A stretch of DNA of 33,567 nucleotides from a virus: IMG/VR virus record IMGVR_UViG_3300029452_000005; one strand, given 5' to 3'. Below the pieces are notes generated by a model, which was given only the letters and a program-made list of their open reading frames with translations, ran no database searches and had not been told where the DNA came from. The translations under genes were made by a program, and so were the position numbers. Of this stretch, positions 7,938 through 15,058 are shown piece by piece (within the stretch, counting starts at the first letter, position 1; each line of letters opens with the position of its first letter).

Positions 7938-8590
7938 TCCAACACCCCCATAATTAACGCTTTCCCTTCTTTTGAAATATCCGCCTTTTCAACCATCCTT
8001 TTAAGGTCTACAGGCTCGTACTTTTCAACTTCAATCAAATGGCCGTTATCTAGCATCTTAATTTCTGTTTGACGTGGCATGTTAAGTTCTGCACGTTTCC
8101 GTGCTTCCATTAATAAGCCGTTATTTTTAATGCTTTCCGCAATTTCCATATTTCTTTGTTCACGTGCTGCCAATTGTTCATAGGCTTTACAAAACTGGCT
8201 CATTGCCGCGCTTTCGTTATAGCTTTGTGAATTTCTTGGATCAAAGAAACGCCATACCGTTTTAGCCGCAAGCCTTGTTATACCTTCCAGTTCATCAAGG
8301 CCTTTTTCATAACCTACGCTACTTGCTTTCTTTCTGACTACTTCCCATGCATCTTGCGCTATTAATCGCTCCTTTTTTCCGTTTACATATCCGGAAATTT
8401 CCGCCGCTTTCTTGCGAATGGTTGCAACGGCTGGAACGAATTCACATGTATTAATACATTGCTTAATTGCTTCGGCCAGCGTTACCGGGTTAATATCTTC
8501 CAGCATGTAGGCGTACATTTTAGCCTTCGCGCTATCGAATTTGTCATATATCAATAGTTGGCCCGTAGCTTTCAACGTTTCCGGTTTCAT
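7934..8590 (-). CDS. Replication accessory protein, G39P-like helicase-loader N-terminal domain (tentative)
   Basis: The segment KMYAYMLEDINPVTLAEAIKQCINTCEFVPAVATIRKKA resembles the SPP1 G39P loader pattern (W..mLeD....v..Al.....fpP..a.i). It lies directly downstream of the replisome organizer. Confidence 0.4.
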   Translation of the reverse strand: MKPETLKATGQLLIYDKFDSAKAKMYAYMLEDINPVTLAEAIKQCINTCEFVPAVATIRKKAAEISGYVNGKKERLIAQDAWEVVRKKASSVGYEKGLDELEGITRLAAKTVWRFFDPRNSQSYNESAAMSQFCKAYEQLAAREQRNMEIAESIKNNGLLMEARKRAELNMPRQTEIKMLDNGHLIEVEKYEPVDLKRMVEKADISKEGKALIMGVLE

Positions 8591-9380
8591 CTGTTCCCCT
8601 TTCTACCGCATCAATCAATGCGTTTAGTTCTGCAACCTTTCGTTCTGTATCCGTCATTGTTGCCGTTTCGTTTGAATTAAGGTATGTATCAAAATGGCTT
8701 GGCGCGAATAACGTTTTAGGCGTTAAGTACTTTTCTAACTTTGTACCTTGCCATTCACGGCATTTTTTATCAATAACGGTTTTAAAATCGTTTACCGTGT
8801 ACCCCTCTTTCAAGCGTGATCTAATCGCCTGTACGTATGGTTTAGTTGTAGGCTTGAATTTTGAACCAGTTTTAAGATTAAGATATTCGATAATCTCAAA
8901 GTGAGAATTATCTGTATCGTCATGTGAAACATGACATATTGTTTCTATTCTATTCTCTTCTTCTCTTATCTTATCTATTCTTATCTGTGTATCCAGATTG
9001 TATCCATTTTGTATACATTTTGTATCCATGTAGGTATTATCTGGGTTTATAGGTGTTTCAACCACTTCATAAATCTTGTTTTTCAACTCTACGCGTTGAG
9101 CTTCTGGTAATTCTGATTTTGAGTATCTATCACTTTGTACATAGTTATGTATCCGCCAATGTCTAATGACAATAACACCAGTTTCAAAACCAATCACAAA
9201 CCCCTTTGCGTTGAGTAGTTTTAAATCATCATCTTTACACCCGGTAATGCGCATGATGCTTTTCGGTGATTGAATAAAGCCGTCATCGTCCGCACGTAGC
9301 AGCAAGTGGAAATAAAGGCATTGTGTACTTTGTGGCATATCTAGAAAATTATCTGTATCAATAATTTTCTTTGACATCAT
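8544..9380 (-). CDS. Phage replisome organizer (N-terminal organizer domain plus DnaD-like conserved phage C-terminus)
   Basis: The N-terminus MMSKKIIDTDNFLDMPQSTQCLYFHLLLRADDDGF matches the replisome-organizer N domain. The C-terminal half (IIEYLNLKTGSKFKPTT...YTVNDFKTVIDKKCREWQGTKLEKYLTPKTLF) matches the Phg_2220_C/DnaD-like domain. The ATG at 9380 overlaps the HNH stop as ATGA. Confidence 0.8.
   Translation of the reverse strand: MMSKKIIDTDNFLDMPQSTQCLYFHLLLRADDDGFIQSPKSIMRITGCKDDDLKLLNAKGFVIGFETGVIVIRHWRIHNYVQSDRYSKSELPEAQRVELKNKIYEVVETPINPDNTYMDTKCIQNGYNLDTQIRIDKIREEENRIETICHVSHDDTDNSHFEIIEYLNLKTGSKFKPTTKPYVQAIRSRLKEGYTVNDFKTVIDKKCREWQGTKLEKYLTPKTLFAPSHFDTYLNSNETATMTDTERKVAELNALIDAVERGTDETGNVESYGPTIDI
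8944..9028. repeat. Candidate replication origin inside the organizer gene: G-free pyrimidine-rich tract plus four 11-bp-spaced iterons
   Basis: TGTATCCA occurs at 8988, 8999 and 9021, and TGTATACA at 9010, giving an exact 11-bp period. These are preceded by a roughly 43-nt plus-strand tract with no G (8944-8986, TCTAT/TCTTA-like pentamers). Confidence 0.5.
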
Positions 9381-9649
9381 TCGCCGTTCTGCCATTGTAT
9401 TTTTGAATTCCTTTCTTTTAAAATTTCCCGTATTTTCTTGGCATCGCTGCCATGTGCTTTTGTATGGCAATCACGGCATAAGCAAGCCAAATTATTAAGA
9501 TTTGATAAACCGCCGTGCGATCTAAACTCTATATGATGTACTTCGGTTGCCATTGCGCCACATAGAACGCATAGGCCTTCATCGCGTTCATACGCCCATT
9601 TTCTAGTGCGAGCGTATAGAACGTTATCTTGTTTCTTCCTTCTGTTCAT
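9377..9649 (-). CDS. HNH endonuclease
   Basis: The motifs CVLCG...EVHHIEFRSHGG...NLACLCRDCHTKAH give an HNH core with zinc-binding Cys pairs. Confidence 0.85.
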   Translation of the reverse strand: MNRRKKQDNVLYARTRKWAYERDEGLCVLCGAMATEVHHIEFRSHGGLSNLNNLACLCRDCHTKAHGSDAKKIREILKERNSKIQWQNGE

Positions 9650-10175
9650 TTCCCCATTCCTGTATTAACGAATTGATGTAATCATTGTTTTCAATCGGTA
9701 TATTTAATTGATTGCACTCATCTATAAGTGCATCAATCAAACGCCGCATTTCATCAACTGTATAAACGCTGCTTCCGTGGTATGCGCGGATAATTGTATA
9801 ACCTTCCGTTTTAGCTGGGCCGGCATCTTCTGCGTGCCACCCCAACCCGTGGCCTTGCCAAATTTCAATAAATCGGTCTACGGCATCGTTTTTGATTGGT
9901 AGATAGGTAAAAGTACCAGCTTCTTGAATAACTCGCTTGTACACGTCATTTTTTGAAATATACGCGTTCTTTGAAAGTTCATGTGCTATCTTTTCACATA
10001 AAACCCATGCATACGCGTTGGCGTTTAGCGAACGGCGTTTTACTTTCTTTTTGATTTCAACGATATATTCTGCTTCCGGATCTAACTTATTTAACGCTTC
10101 ATCTTTCGGCGCGGGTATCAAAATATTCCAGCCAATCGACTTGATTAAATTGATACCCTTTGTTACCCATTTCAT
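9624..10175 (-). CDS. NinB/Orf-like recombination mediator (tentative)
   Basis: RRSLNANAYAWVLCEKIA parallels lambda NinB RSLDQNRKLWACLGDV. The later segment YHGSSVYTVDEMRRLIDALIDE parallels NinB GQSTSRMRVGEFAELLELIQ. It is adjacent to the annealase. Confidence 0.5.
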   Translation of the reverse strand: MKWVTKGINLIKSIGWNILIPAPKDEALNKLDPEAEYIVEIKKKVKRRSLNANAYAWVLCEKIAHELSKNAYISKNDVYKRVIQEAGTFTYLPIKNDAVDRFIEIWQGHGLGWHAEDAGPAKTEGYTIIRAYHGSSVYTVDEMRRLIDALIDECNQLNIPIENNDYINSLIQEWGNEQKEETR

Positions 10176-10912
10176 TATTCGGCGCCCTGTTGTTCAATAA
10201 TCTTCTTTAACCAATCAAGCGCCGCAACCATTTCAAAGGCATCTAAAAGCGCTAACCGTGGTTTTTTAAATTCCGTTGCTATATACTTTGTTATTTCTGC
10301 TGGCGGTACATTGTTTTCTTTTGCAAGTTTACAAAATTCATCATAGCCAGCAACATGCGTTTCTTTCGGTTTTGTTTCTTTAGTAGGTGCTACACTTCCG
10401 CCCATTGTATATCGCACGCTTCCTTTACTATCAACTATGGTTAATTTATTGATATTTCGATTTTCGTCATATTCAATTTCTTTAACCGTGAATTTTGCGT
10501 ATGATTTAGGCTTTCCGTCTTTTCCTGTGTACCATTCGCCTTTTTGTAAATTGATATAGGTAAATGGTGCGGAGTATAATTCTCTACCAATACCCCAGTT
10601 AAAGCATGCACGCTTGAAACTATCCGATGCTTGGCCCTTTTCCTTTTCAGTGTTGCTTTCTGTGCCTACATCGGACTTGCCAACCCATTCGCCAGTATGC
10701 TCGTTATAAATAGAAACCGTGCAATATAATCTATCGCCTATGATCTCGTGTTCACGCTTCCAATTCATCGCACCTACTACTTCATCAAGTAGGCGCATAT
10801 CAACGCGTGCATCTTTATATAGCAGTACCACCGCGCCAATGCTGCCGTTCTTTTCGTTCAGTGATTGTATACGGCAATCTATTTCATTTGCTTTAAGTGT
10901 TCTAAATTCCAT
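10175..10912 (-). CDS. Rad52-family single-strand annealing protein (Sak-like)
   Basis: The segment KEKGQASDSFKRACFNWGIGRELY is the conserved Rad52/Sak core pattern, and the gene sits in an early recombination module. Confidence 0.8.
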   Translation of the reverse strand: MEFRTLKANEIDCRIQSLNEKNGSIGAVVLLYKDARVDMRLLDEVVGAMNWKREHEIIGDRLYCTVSIYNEHTGEWVGKSDVGTESNTEKEKGQASDSFKRACFNWGIGRELYSAPFTYINLQKGEWYTGKDGKPKSYAKFTVKEIEYDENRNINKLTIVDSKGSVRYTMGGSVAPTKETKPKETHVAGYDEFCKLAKENNVPPAEITKYIATEFKKPRLALLDAFEMVAALDWLKKIIEQQGAE

Positions 10913-10922
10913 ATTTCACCGC

Positions 10923-11411
10923 CTATTTGATGTAAAAATTCTGGTTCACTTTAATTTCTGCACCTTCCACCACTTCACCGGCTTTAATAGCTTTCTTAAT
11001 CGCTGTTTTATCGGCTTTAATTTCAACCTTTGTAAAGTCGGCTGGAATTACATCAAGATTGATAATTTCTACGCTTTCAGATTTTCTATAACCGGCTTTA
11101 AAGGTGCCAACTTCCATTTTTTCAATGCCTTTTTGCTGCATTGAATATTGGATATTATTTTTTAATGTTTCAATAGTGCTTTCCTTTGATTTTTTTACCT
11201 TGTTCAATCTATCAATTTCAGCCTTAATGCCTTGTATATCGGCTTCAACATTAACCATGTATTTTGCCGTATTCTCGATTTTCTCCTCAATGGATAAATC
11301 AAGCATTTCCAATGTGTTTTGAATTGCTTCAATTTCTTCCGGTGTTTCCGCTGCTTCAAGCATTGCGGAAAGTTCTGCATAATCTTTATTTAATTCGTAA
11401 ATACTAGCCAT
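10923..11411 (-). CDS. Siphovirus Gp157-like protein
   Basis: The N-terminus (MASIYELNKDYAELSAMLEAAETPEEIEAIQNTLEMLDLSIEEKIEN) and the coiled-coil organisation match the Gp157 family. It lies upstream of the annealase, as is typical. Confidence 0.7.
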   Translation of the reverse strand: MASIYELNKDYAELSAMLEAAETPEEIEAIQNTLEMLDLSIEEKIENTAKYMVNVEADIQGIKAEIDRLNKVKKSKESTIETLKNNIQYSMQQKGIEKMEVGTFKAGYRKSESVEIINLDVIPADFTKVEIKADKTAIKKAIKAGEVVEGAEIKVNQNFYIK

Positions 11412-11691
11412 TTTTTGTCCCCCCTAATACCTTTACAATATCTTCAAATGTTTCTATTTCAGATACAAGCGGTAAACCTTCAATACCTTTTATACTTACT
11501 AGGCATTGAACATCTTTCTTTACATCTTCCGCGAACAAATAATGATAAAACGTTCCGTATCTATTTACCCTTACGTTAAAGTCAAGATATATATTAGATT
11601 TCGCTGCGTTTCCCTGTTCTTTGATTTCCTCAAAACGTTCAAACGCCTTTATAATTTCATTTTTAATCACGTTTCCACCTTGCCACCTCAA
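11404..11691 (-). CDS. Hypothetical early protein (about 88-95 aa)
   Basis: The ORF is on the operon strand. A possible GTG start lies after the SD AAGGTGGA. I recognise no motif. Confidence 0.5.
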   Translation of the reverse strand: MRWQGGNVIKNEIIKAFERFEEIKEQGNAAKSNIYLDFNVRVNRYGTFYHYLFAEDVKKDVQCLVSIKGIEGLPLVSEIETFEDIVKVLGGTKNG

Positions 11692-11766
11692 CGCGCATAT
11701 GATATTATGCGGTTAAGATGCTTTCAAAACTCACTTTTCGCATCTGCCCTTTAGTAATTGCCGTTA

Positions 11767-11931
11767 CTATTGGGCCTTTTTTAATTTATCAATATAGATG
11801 CCACTATATAGCAGCGTAATGCCTAATAGGCCTTGTAGCATTGCTTCATAAAATGTTAGTACGTCAATCTCTAATGATCCCGGCGTACCTAACAACAATA
11901 CAAAACCTACAATTTTCATAATGCTAGTCAT
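11767..11931 (-). CDS. Small hydrophobic protein (54 aa from the ATG at 11931)
   Basis: The ATG overlaps the upstream TAG (ATGACTAG). Two hydrophobic stretches are present (IVGFVLLLGTPG and LLGITLLYSGIYI). Confidence 0.45.
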   Translation of the reverse strand: MTSIMKIVGFVLLLGTPGSLEIDVLTFYEAMLQGLLGITLLYSGIYIDKLKKAQ

Positions 11932-12223
11932 TGACAAATTCCCCCGTAATCGCCAGTACATCGCTGGTGATTTTTTTTATACTGTTTTTTAGTTTTGCGT
12001 TTTCTTTCGCCAATTCTTCATTTTCTGCTTTTAACGCCCGGTAATTAACCGCATTTATTTCGGTTTCTAATCCGGCTATTTCTTGAATTTCTCTGACTGA
12101 AAATAAAACGCCAGGTAATTTTGTTAGCTGGTGAATTGTGCCAGCGTTTCGCAAGTTGTATACAGAAGATTTTGATATACCTAGTACGTCGGCAACTTCT
12201 TCGACTGTATACGTCAGTTTCAT
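11924..12223 (-). CDS. Excisionase-family (MerR-like) HTH protein with C-terminal coiled coil
   Basis: From the ATG at 12223 the protein reads MKLTYTVEEVADVLGISKSSVYNLRNAG, an HTH_17/excisionase-type pattern, followed by a heptad-like ALKAENEELAKENAKLK. The start overlaps the Cro-like stop as ATGA. Its role (Xis, or an early regulator) is unresolved. Confidence 0.5.
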   Translation of the reverse strand: MKLTYTVEEVADVLGISKSSVYNLRNAGTIHQLTKLPGVLFSVREIQEIAGLETEINAVNYRALKAENEELAKENAKLKNSIKKITSDVLAITGEFVND

Positions 12224-12426
12224 TTCGTAACCCCTTTCATCAATTCCGATAAACCACAATTAAAGAAGTGCGCAACCTTTACAAGGCTGCTAAGGCTTGG
12301 CGATTGTTCACCACTACGCCAACGGGAAATAACACTTTCGGAAATTCCCGTTTCTTTGGATAGTTTATAAGCGGTAATACCATTGCTATCCATGAGTTTA
12401 AAAACATTTTTTGTTACTGTTTTTAT
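12220..12426 (-). CDS. Cro-like XRE HTH regulator (57 aa from the ATG at 12393, or 68 aa if initiation is at the ATA at 12426)
   Basis: This ORF is not in the track because it is under 60 aa from its ATG. My translation is (IKTVTKNVFKL)MDSNGITAYKLSKETGISESVISRWRSGEQSPSLSSLVKVAHFFNCGLSELMKGVTK. It is divergent from the repressor gene across the operator region. Confidence 0.6.
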   Translation of the reverse strand: MKTVTKNVFKLMDSNGITAYKLSKETGISESVISRWRSGEQSPSLSSLVKVAHFFNCGLSELMKGVTK

Positions 12427-12455
12427 GGTTTACACCCCGCTTTCTAAAATGGTAT

Positions 12456-12534
12456 ACTTGCGATATAGCAAGTGATGATTTTCGACGCCACACTTGCTAT
12501 ATCAAAACTTCAAGACACTTACGATTTCATAAGT
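12456..12534. promoter_or_regulatory. Lysis-lysogeny switch: three related 18-bp operator candidates between divergent cro-like and cI-like genes
   Basis: The three sites are ACTTGCGATATAGCAAGT (12456-12473, a palindrome with 6-bp arms), ACTTGCTATATCAAAACT (12492-12509) and ACTTACGATTTCATAAGT (12517-12534, a palindrome with ACTTA/TAAGT arms). The 12-mer ACTTGCTATATC is present in both orientations. Confidence 0.55.
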
Positions 12535-12630
12535 ACCTTATGGCTATATTGTACTTCCGTTTTAGTAAGTAGTCTAGTAAACACTTTTTAAAAATGTTAA
12601 ATAGTCTGTTTATATTTAGCGAGGTACATT

Positions 12631-12975
12631 ATGCTATACAACAAAATCGAGGAATTAATGCGAAAAACAGGCGTATCAGCATATCAAATTTCAAAAGATA
12701 CCAAAATTCCGCAAAGTGCATTTTCACGTTGGAAGAAAGGAGAAAGCAATCCTAGTTTAAAAAATATTAAAATATTATCGGAATATTTCGGTGTTCCAAT
12801 AGGTTATTTTACCGACGGCGTAGAGGGAGCGCCTAAAGTCAAAAAGCAAGAAATTTCTATTGATTTAAAGAAAATTACGGATAATGCTTTGATTTGTTAT
12901 TATGGTGATCGTGAATTAACGGCATCGCAAAAAGCTAAAATATCCAAAGTATTAAAAGCGGTATTAGACGATTAA
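12631..12975 (+). CDS. cI-like repressor, XRE HTH domain without a peptidase domain
   Basis: The segment MRKTGVSAYQISKDTKIPQSAFSRWKKGESNPSLKNIKILSEYFGV matches HTH_3. It is the first gene of the plus-strand lysogeny operon and is followed by an ImmA-like gene. Confidence 0.8.
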   Translation: MLYNKIEELMRKTGVSAYQISKDTKIPQSAFSRWKKGESNPSLKNIKILSEYFGVPIGYFTDGVEGAPKVKKQEISIDLKKITDNALICYYGDRELTASQKAKISKVLKAVLDD

Positions 12976-12999
12976 TAATATTCAAGGGGAATTGTTAGC

Positions 13000-13344
13000 A
13001 TGTTCAATATGTGTTCTTTTGTCTTAGATTTGATTAATTCGCACGGCTCAAACGAACCGCGCCACATAGCAAGTAAATTAAATATTAAAGTTATATATAA
13101 ACCATTGCCGGCTTGCGTTAGCGGCGTAATGATTAAACCGGAGATTAAAAAGGCTATTGTTATTAATAGCCGGTTAAGTAGGCGCCAGCAGCGCATGGCG
13201 CTTGCGCATCAATTAGGGCATATATTCCTTCATAAGGATTATGATTTATTTAAGGAAATAGATAACGATTTACGCATAAAGCTGGAACATGATGCGGATA
13301 CATTCGCGCATATATTGTTAAATAAAGGGGTATACCATGAGTAA
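13000..13344 (+). CDS. ImmA/IrrE-family metallopeptidase-like protein with an HQxxH variant motif
   Basis: The segment QQRMALAHQLGHIFLH...LEHDADTFAHILL aligns with the ImmA pattern tlaHElgHi.lh...E.eAn.FA..lL. The catalytic Glu codon reads CAA (Gln) at 13210-13212. Confidence 0.75.
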   Translation: MFNMCSFVLDLINSHGSNEPRHIASKLNIKVIYKPLPACVSGVMIKPEIKKAIVINSRLSRRQQRMALAHQLGHIFLHKDYDLFKEIDNDLRIKLEHDADTFAHILLNKGVYHE

Positions 13345-13549
13345 AAAAGATGCAATTAATGTAGCCTTTTATCAAAGTATCCTGTACCTTATTATTGGTA
13401 TGATATTAGGCCTTATGTCTTGGGAAGAACACCGATATATTTTATTGCTTTTAGTAGTTGCCTTAACTGTTGGCGCTCATTACATAGCAAGTTATTCATT
13501 AAAGGAATTAGACGATGCAATGCAATATAACCATAAGAAAAAAGGATAA
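13337..13549 (+). CDS. Small two-TM membrane protein in the lysogeny operon
   Basis: Two hydrophobic helices are present (ILYLIIGMILGLM and ILLLLVVALTVGAHYI). The ATG overlaps the ImmA-like stop. Confidence 0.55.
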   Translation: MSKKDAINVAFYQSILYLIIGMILGLMSWEEHRYILLLLVVALTVGAHYIASYSLKELDDAMQYNHKKKG

Positions 13550-14567
13550 AGGGTATCAATGTATCGTTTCATACAAGGACGGTAACCGCTGGCGCCAGAA
13601 ATCTAAACAGGGTTTTGAAACGCAAAAAGCGGCAAAAATCCACGCCCAAACGATCATTGATAAACTAAAAAAGACTATCACCGCAACCGATGATAGTCTT
13701 AGAAATATAACTCTTATTGATTTTTTTAACATTTATATGAAAGAGAATAAGCCGCGTACATTTAATACATTACAGGCCTATACACGTACATTTGATATAT
13801 TTAAGCCTATATTTAACGAAAAAATAGCGAATATAACGCCGTATCAAGTTAAAAGGGTATTGAATGATAGTTTATATTCAACTACCACAAAAAACCTTGC
13901 TTTGGGTACAATTCAGCGTTTATTTAACTATGCGGCGAACCAATACAAAATAATTCCTACAAACGAATTGAAAACAATACCACGTTTTAAGGATAATGAA
14001 CCTACAAAAATAAAGGTATTATCAGATACAGAAATAGAAACATTTTTAAAAGCATTAAAACCTAAAAATTATAAATACTATGTTATATTTTCTATTGCTG
14101 CTTATACCGGCATGAGATATGGCGAAATCATTGGCCTTACTTGGGGAAATGTCGATTTGAATAACAATATTATTAATGTAGTGCAGCAATTCGGGGCGAT
14201 TGATTACAATAAATATGCCTTGAAACCGTTGAAATCTAAAAATAGTTATAGGCAACTACCTATACCGCCAATATTAACCAATATTCTAAAAGAATACAAA
14301 GAAACATGTTCGACTGAACGCCTTTTCAATAATAAAGTTAGCGCCAGCTGGGGCGCATCACGAATAATGAAAAGATTTTTACCAGATAATTCTATTCATG
14401 ATCTACGCCATACATACGCAACTAAATTATTAGCAAATGGCGTAGACATAAAAACCGTATCCGCCCTATTAGGTGATAGTATACAAACGGTCTTAATAAC
14501 ATATGTTCATTTTTCGGACGATATGCGACTAAAGGCAGCTGACAAAGTTGCCAATATTTTTGGTTAA
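13515..14567 (+). CDS. int: Tyrosine recombinase / phage integrase
   Basis: The N-terminus looks like an arm-binding domain (ITIRKKDKGYQCIVSYKDGNRWRQKSKQGF). The catalytic residues are in context: TGMRYGEI (Arg), HDLRHT (HxxR) and LITYVHF (Tyr). Confidence 0.95.
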   Translation: MQCNITIRKKDKGYQCIVSYKDGNRWRQKSKQGFETQKAAKIHAQTIIDKLKKTITATDDSLRNITLIDFFNIYMKENKPRTFNTLQAYTRTFDIFKPIFNEKIANITPYQVKRVLNDSLYSTTTKNLALGTIQRLFNYAANQYKIIPTNELKTIPRFKDNEPTKIKVLSDTEIETFLKALKPKNYKYYVIFSIAAYTGMRYGEIIGLTWGNVDLNNNIINVVQQFGAIDYNKYALKPLKSKNSYRQLPIPPILTNILKEYKETCSTERLFNNKVSASWGASRIMKRFLPDNSIHDLRHTYATKLLANGVDIKTVSALLGDSIQTVLITYVHFSDDMRLKAADKVANIFG

Positions 14568-14797
14568 TTATTTTTGACGAATTTCTGCCGTTTTAATAAC
14601 AAACCCTATTAAACATGGTACTTTATATCCTGTATTTTATATCAATATATTATATCGTATACGATAATTTTTATCCATAAAATAGCATAGTGTAGTTTTT
14701 AACTGATTGGCCAAAACGTATTTTTCAAAAATACTTCCACAAAATTATATAGTTTATTATGAAATTTTTGCCGTATTTTTGCCGGCAAATAAAAAAG
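14568..14797. other. Candidate attP region
   Basis: This is a non-coding AT-rich stretch immediately 3' of int. It contains a 14-bp palindrome TATCGTATACGATA (14653-14666), the inverted repeat GTATTTTTCAAAAATAC (14718-14734), a tandem ATTTTTGCCG x2 (14765-14785) and the palindrome TTTGCCGGCAAA (14778-14789). The crossover core cannot be defined without a host sequence. Confidence 0.35.
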
Positions 14798-14820
14798 AGG
14801 GGTACCGCTATGGTACCCCT
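14798..14820. terminator. Bidirectional intrinsic terminator between the convergent int operon and the minus-strand late operon
   Basis: A perfect 9-bp stem AGGGGTACC/GGTACCCCT encloses a 5-nt loop. On the minus strand it is followed by CTTTTTTATTT, and on the plus strand by TTCTTATT. It lies 6 nt after the stop of the 14827 gene. Confidence 0.7.
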
Positions 14821-14826
14821 TTCTTA

Positions 14827-14988
14827 TTAATCTAATTCAACAAGGCGTTTCAATTCGCCGTTTACAAACCACATTTCACAACGTACGTTGTTATGGTCTG
14901 TTAAAGTTGCGGTATATAAACCGTCTTTCTTTGGTTCTACTTCTTCCGCGAACATATAAGTTTTGCCTTCAAATGTAAATGTTTTCAT
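14827..14988 (-). CDS. Small hypothetical protein (53 aa from the ATG at 14988), in moron position next to attP
   Basis: It is the last gene before the terminator, downstream of the lysis genes. I recognise no motif. The track start at 15024 is a GTG without an SD. Confidence 0.45.
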   Translation of the reverse strand: MKTFTFEGKTYMFAEEVEPKKDGLYTATLTDHNNVRCEMWFVNGELKRLVELD

Positions 14989-15058
14989 ATCATATACCCT
15001 TTCATTAAATGAATTACACTTCACCGTAAACCGTACGGCGCGGAGATAATCGGATCAC

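Noticed and set aside
12972-13196. A 74-aa minus-strand ORF overlaps the ImmA-like gene.
   Set aside because: It is antisense to a gene with clear family motifs and sits between two plus-strand genes of one operon. It is probably a shadow ORF.
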